DNA of 64,000 nt from an uncultured Actinomycetes bacterium (lineage in GTDB: Bacteria > Actinomycetota > UBA4738 > HRBIN12): assembly GCA_964447335.1 (NCBI GenBank), contig CAYUSA010000009.1, forward strand, positions 3,345 through 67,344. The letters are read 5' to 3'. Each line of letters starts with the position of its first letter. Positions within the stretch are counted from its first letter, which is position 1. Both the position numbers and the translations under genes were made by a program. Positions 61,862-64,000 of the stretch are shown piece by piece. The notes below the pieces were generated by a model that saw only the letters and a list, made by a program, of their open reading frames with translations, was not told the DNA's origin and ran no database searches.

Positions 61862-62377
61862 CTACCCACTCGTGCCCATCGTCGGGCCGCCGAACTCCGC
61901 GACGATCCGTCCCTGCATCATCTGGGACCCCATGCCGCGGCCCATCATCCGCGTGACCATCTGCGACTCGTCGATGCACACCTGGCACCCCGAGGCGTGC
62001 GACTCCCAGGCACCGTCGGGCGTCACGAAGCAGTCCTCGAGGTTGCGGTGCCCGAGCATGCTCTGGCAGCCGCAGAAGCAGGGGATCTGCGTATAGACCC
62101 CGGGGTTCGCCCTCGCGAGCTCGTAGTGCTGGACCGTCATGGCCGGCATGCCGTCGAGCTGGAAGGTTGCGGCCGCCTCGACCGCGGAGGCGGGCGCGAC
62201 CTGTGCGACGCGCGGGTCGGGGCCGCCCCACATCATCGTGTGGCTCCCGCCGCGCATGCCCATCCACACCCCGGTCACGCCTCCGGCGGCGATCAGCAGC
62301 ACGGCGAGCCCGAGCACCACGAGCACGGTGAGACCCGTGTGCGCCGCATCGGGCTCGGTTCCTCGATCATCGGTCAT
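61862..62377 (-). CDS. PCYCGC-motif membrane protein
   Basis: N-terminal TM helix, then ...YTQIPCFCGCQSMLGHRNLEDCF...HASGCQVCIDE.... The P-C-x-C-G-C motif family is of unknown function, putatively metal- or thiol-related. Confidence 0.5.
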   Translation of the reverse strand: MTDDRGTEPDAAHTGLTVLVVLGLAVLLIAAGGVTGVWMGMRGGSHTMMWGGPDPRVAQVAPASAVEAAATFQLDGMPAMTVQHYELARANPGVYTQIPCFCGCQSMLGHRNLEDCFVTPDGAWESHASGCQVCIDESQMVTRMMGRGMGSQMMQGRIVAEFGGPTMGTSG

Positions 62378-62529
62378 CGGTCGTCCACCTGCATGCCCCG
62401 ATGCTCGGCCCGCCGTGTGGAGGCCGTGTGGAGACCGGGTGCGTGCCGGATGGAACGTTGTCGCCCTCGGTCCGGGTGGCCGCGTACCATCGCGGGCACG
62501 AGCCCGGACGGGCGCGAGGGAGCGCGAGG

Positions 62530-63228
62530 ATGGCGCAGACGGTCCTGATCGTCGAGGACGAGACGAAGATCCGCTCGCTGCTGCGCGGCTACCTCGAGCG
62601 CGCGGGGTTCTCGGTCCTCACGACGGGGAGCGGCGCCGAGGCGCTCACGCTCGTCGCGACCGCGGCGCCCGACCTCGTGCTGCTCGACCTCGGCCTGCCG
62701 GACGTGCCGGGGGAGACCGTCGCGCGCGAGGTCCGCCGCTCGGGCCGCACGCCGATCCTCATCCTGACCGCGAAGACGAGCGAGGAGGACCGGATCGGCG
62801 GCCTGGAGCTCGGCGCGGACGACTACGTGACGAAGCCGTTCAGCCCGCAGGAGGTCGTGCTCCGCGTGCAGGCGATCCTGCGGCGCGCTGGCGGACGGCC
62901 GGACGGCGGTTCCGCGCCGAGGTCCTTCGGCGGGGGCGAGCTCACGATCGACGAGGATCGCCACGAGGTCCGCGTCAGGGGCGAGGCGGTCGAGCTCACG
63001 CCGAGCGAGTGGTCGCTGCTCGTCGCGCTCGTCGGCGCGCCGGGGCGCGTGTACTCGCGGACCGAGCTCATCAACCGCACGCGCGGGTACGAGTTCGCCT
63101 CGGAGCGCGCGGTCGACAGCCACGTGAAGAACCTGCGACGCAAGGTCGAGCTCGACCCGCACGAGCCGAGGATCGTCGAGACGGTGCTCGGGACGGGCTA
63201 TCGCCTGGGGCTGCGGCGTGACGACTAG
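62530..63228 (+). CDS. OmpR-family two-component response regulator
   Basis: REC domain (VLIVEDE...LVLLDLGLPD...ILILTAKT...) and winged-helix domain (...LTPSEWSLLVALV...GYRLG). I used the internal start. Confidence 0.85.
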   Translation: MAQTVLIVEDETKIRSLLRGYLERAGFSVLTTGSGAEALTLVATAAPDLVLLDLGLPDVPGETVAREVRRSGRTPILILTAKTSEEDRIGGLELGADDYVTKPFSPQEVVLRVQAILRRAGGRPDGGSAPRSFGGGELTIDEDRHEVRVRGEAVELTPSEWSLLVALVGAPGRVYSRTELINRTRGYEFASERAVDSHVKNLRRKVELDPHEPRIVETVLGTGYRLGLRRDD

Positions 63229-64000
63229 GAAGGTCTCGCCGCTCAGCGTGCGCCTGGCCGCCGCGTTCGTGACGGTCGGGGTTGCGGCGGTCGGCGTGTA
63301 CGCGCTGCTCACGATCACGTCCACGCGCGCCGAGCTCTCCGACCTCATGCTCGAGGTCCACCGCGAGGACGCCGCCGCAGCCGCAGCCGCTGCGGCGAGG
63401 GCCTACGCCGCGGCCGGCAGCTGGGAGGACGCCGACCTCACGGGGGCGGTCGCGGTCGCGTCGCGCGGGCAGGCGACGCTCGCGGTGCGCGACGCGAGCG
63501 GGGCCGTCGTCGCGGCGCCGGCCGAGGAGGCCGCGCAGATGCTCGAGCAGATGCACGGCATCGAGATCGTCGACATCCCGCGCGGGGATCCGATCGTCGC
63601 GCCGGTCGTCGTCGACGGGGAGAAGGTGGGGAGCCTGGTCCTCCGCTTCCCGGCGAGCCACCTGCCGGCGCCCGAGCAGCAGGTGCGCGCGGCGCTGCTC
63701 CACACGGCGCTGGTCGGGGCGGCCGCGGCCATCGTCGTCGCGATCGGCATCGGGCTGTTCGTGGCTCGCCGCGTCAGCAGGCCGCTGGTCGCACTCACCG
63801 ACGCCGCGAGCGAGATGGAGGCCGGGCGCCGAGGCGTGCGGGTGGAGCTCGGTGGCGCGCCGGGCGAGCTCGGCGTGCTCGCGACGGCGTTCGACCGCAT
63901 GTCCGAGTCCGTCGAGCGCTCGGAGGATCTCCGGCGGCAGCTCGTCCGCGACGTCGCGCACGAGGTCCGCACCCCGCTCACGATCCTGCGCGGCACGACC
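63218..64000 (+). CDS. Sensor histidine kinase, 5' part; the gene continues beyond the window end
   Basis: The GTG start overlaps the RR stop. Two TM segments flank a periplasmic region, followed by HAMP (...RPLVALTDAASEMEAGRRG...) and the start of HisKA (...DVAHEVRTPLT). The ORF track did not list it because it is partial. Confidence 0.75.
   Translation, partial: MTTRKVSPLSVRLAAAFVTVGVAAVGVYALLTITSTRAELSDLMLEVHREDAAAAAAAAARAYAAAGSWEDADLTGAVAVASRGQATLAVRDASGAVVAAPAEEAAQMLEQMHGIEIVDIPRGDPIVAPVVVDGEKVGSLVLRFPASHLPAPEQQVRAALLHTALVGAAAAIVVAIGIGLFVARRVSRPLVALTDAASEMEAGRRGVRVELGGAPGELGVLATAFDRMSESVERSEDLRRQLVRDVAHEVRTPLTILRGTT

Overview
This is a high-GC (~70%) chromosome segment of actinobacterial type, with genes on both strands. 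I found no rRNA, tRNA or CRISPR array. Core functions present: ilvD and thrC (4-bp GTGA overlap), carbamate kinase, a GntR-controlled ABC-uptake/catabolic operon (RraA-like, creatininase-family and C-N hydrolase enzymes) interrupted by an IS110 element, a hydantoinase/beta-ureidopropionase/LLM-oxidoreductase cluster, an MttB-family methyltransferase, arfB, a large adenylate-cyclase/ATPase/TPR signalling protein and a two-component system. The window is unusually rich in accessory and defence content. (1) Between about 18.8 and 28.3 kb sits a lower-GC (~58-62%) island: type I RM hsdR, then an embedded AbiEi/AbiEii pair with its own consensus promoter, then hsdM and hsdS, then three non-RM genes. 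These are a PIN-domain protein translationally coupled to hsdS (ATGATG/TGA overlap), a RadC-like JAB protein and an HNH-nuclease fusion, and they are my best candidate for an undescribed defence module. The island lies next to a decayed CoxS-like [2Fe-2S] gene remnant on one side and a decayed HigB/HigA pair on the other. (2) A tandem array of four type II TA pairs lies at 10.4-13.5 kb (RHH-MazF/PemK, VapBC, DUF1778-GNAT and Phd-VapC), with a further Phd-VapC at 43.6-44.3 kb and a PIN fragment at ~7 kb. (3) Three COG5340/AbiEi-like regulators occur. One is paired with an AbiEii nucleotidyltransferase. One is paired with an unknown 228-aa protein plus an upstream RHH gene. One is an orphan. Two of them, and the bona fide abiEi, share a TTGACA-N17-TA(A/T)AT promoter with an inverted-repeat operator and an apparently leaderless GTG/ATG start. 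(4) An XRE regulator plus a nucleotidyltransferase-fold protein sit downstream of a 22-bp perfect AT-rich palindrome. Several genes carry apparent frameshifts or in-frame stops (ABC exporter, CoxS-like, HigBA-like and PIN fragment). This is either real pseudogenisation or indel errors in the assembly. All calls rest on reading the supplied six-frame translations and the DNA by eye; no database searches were run.
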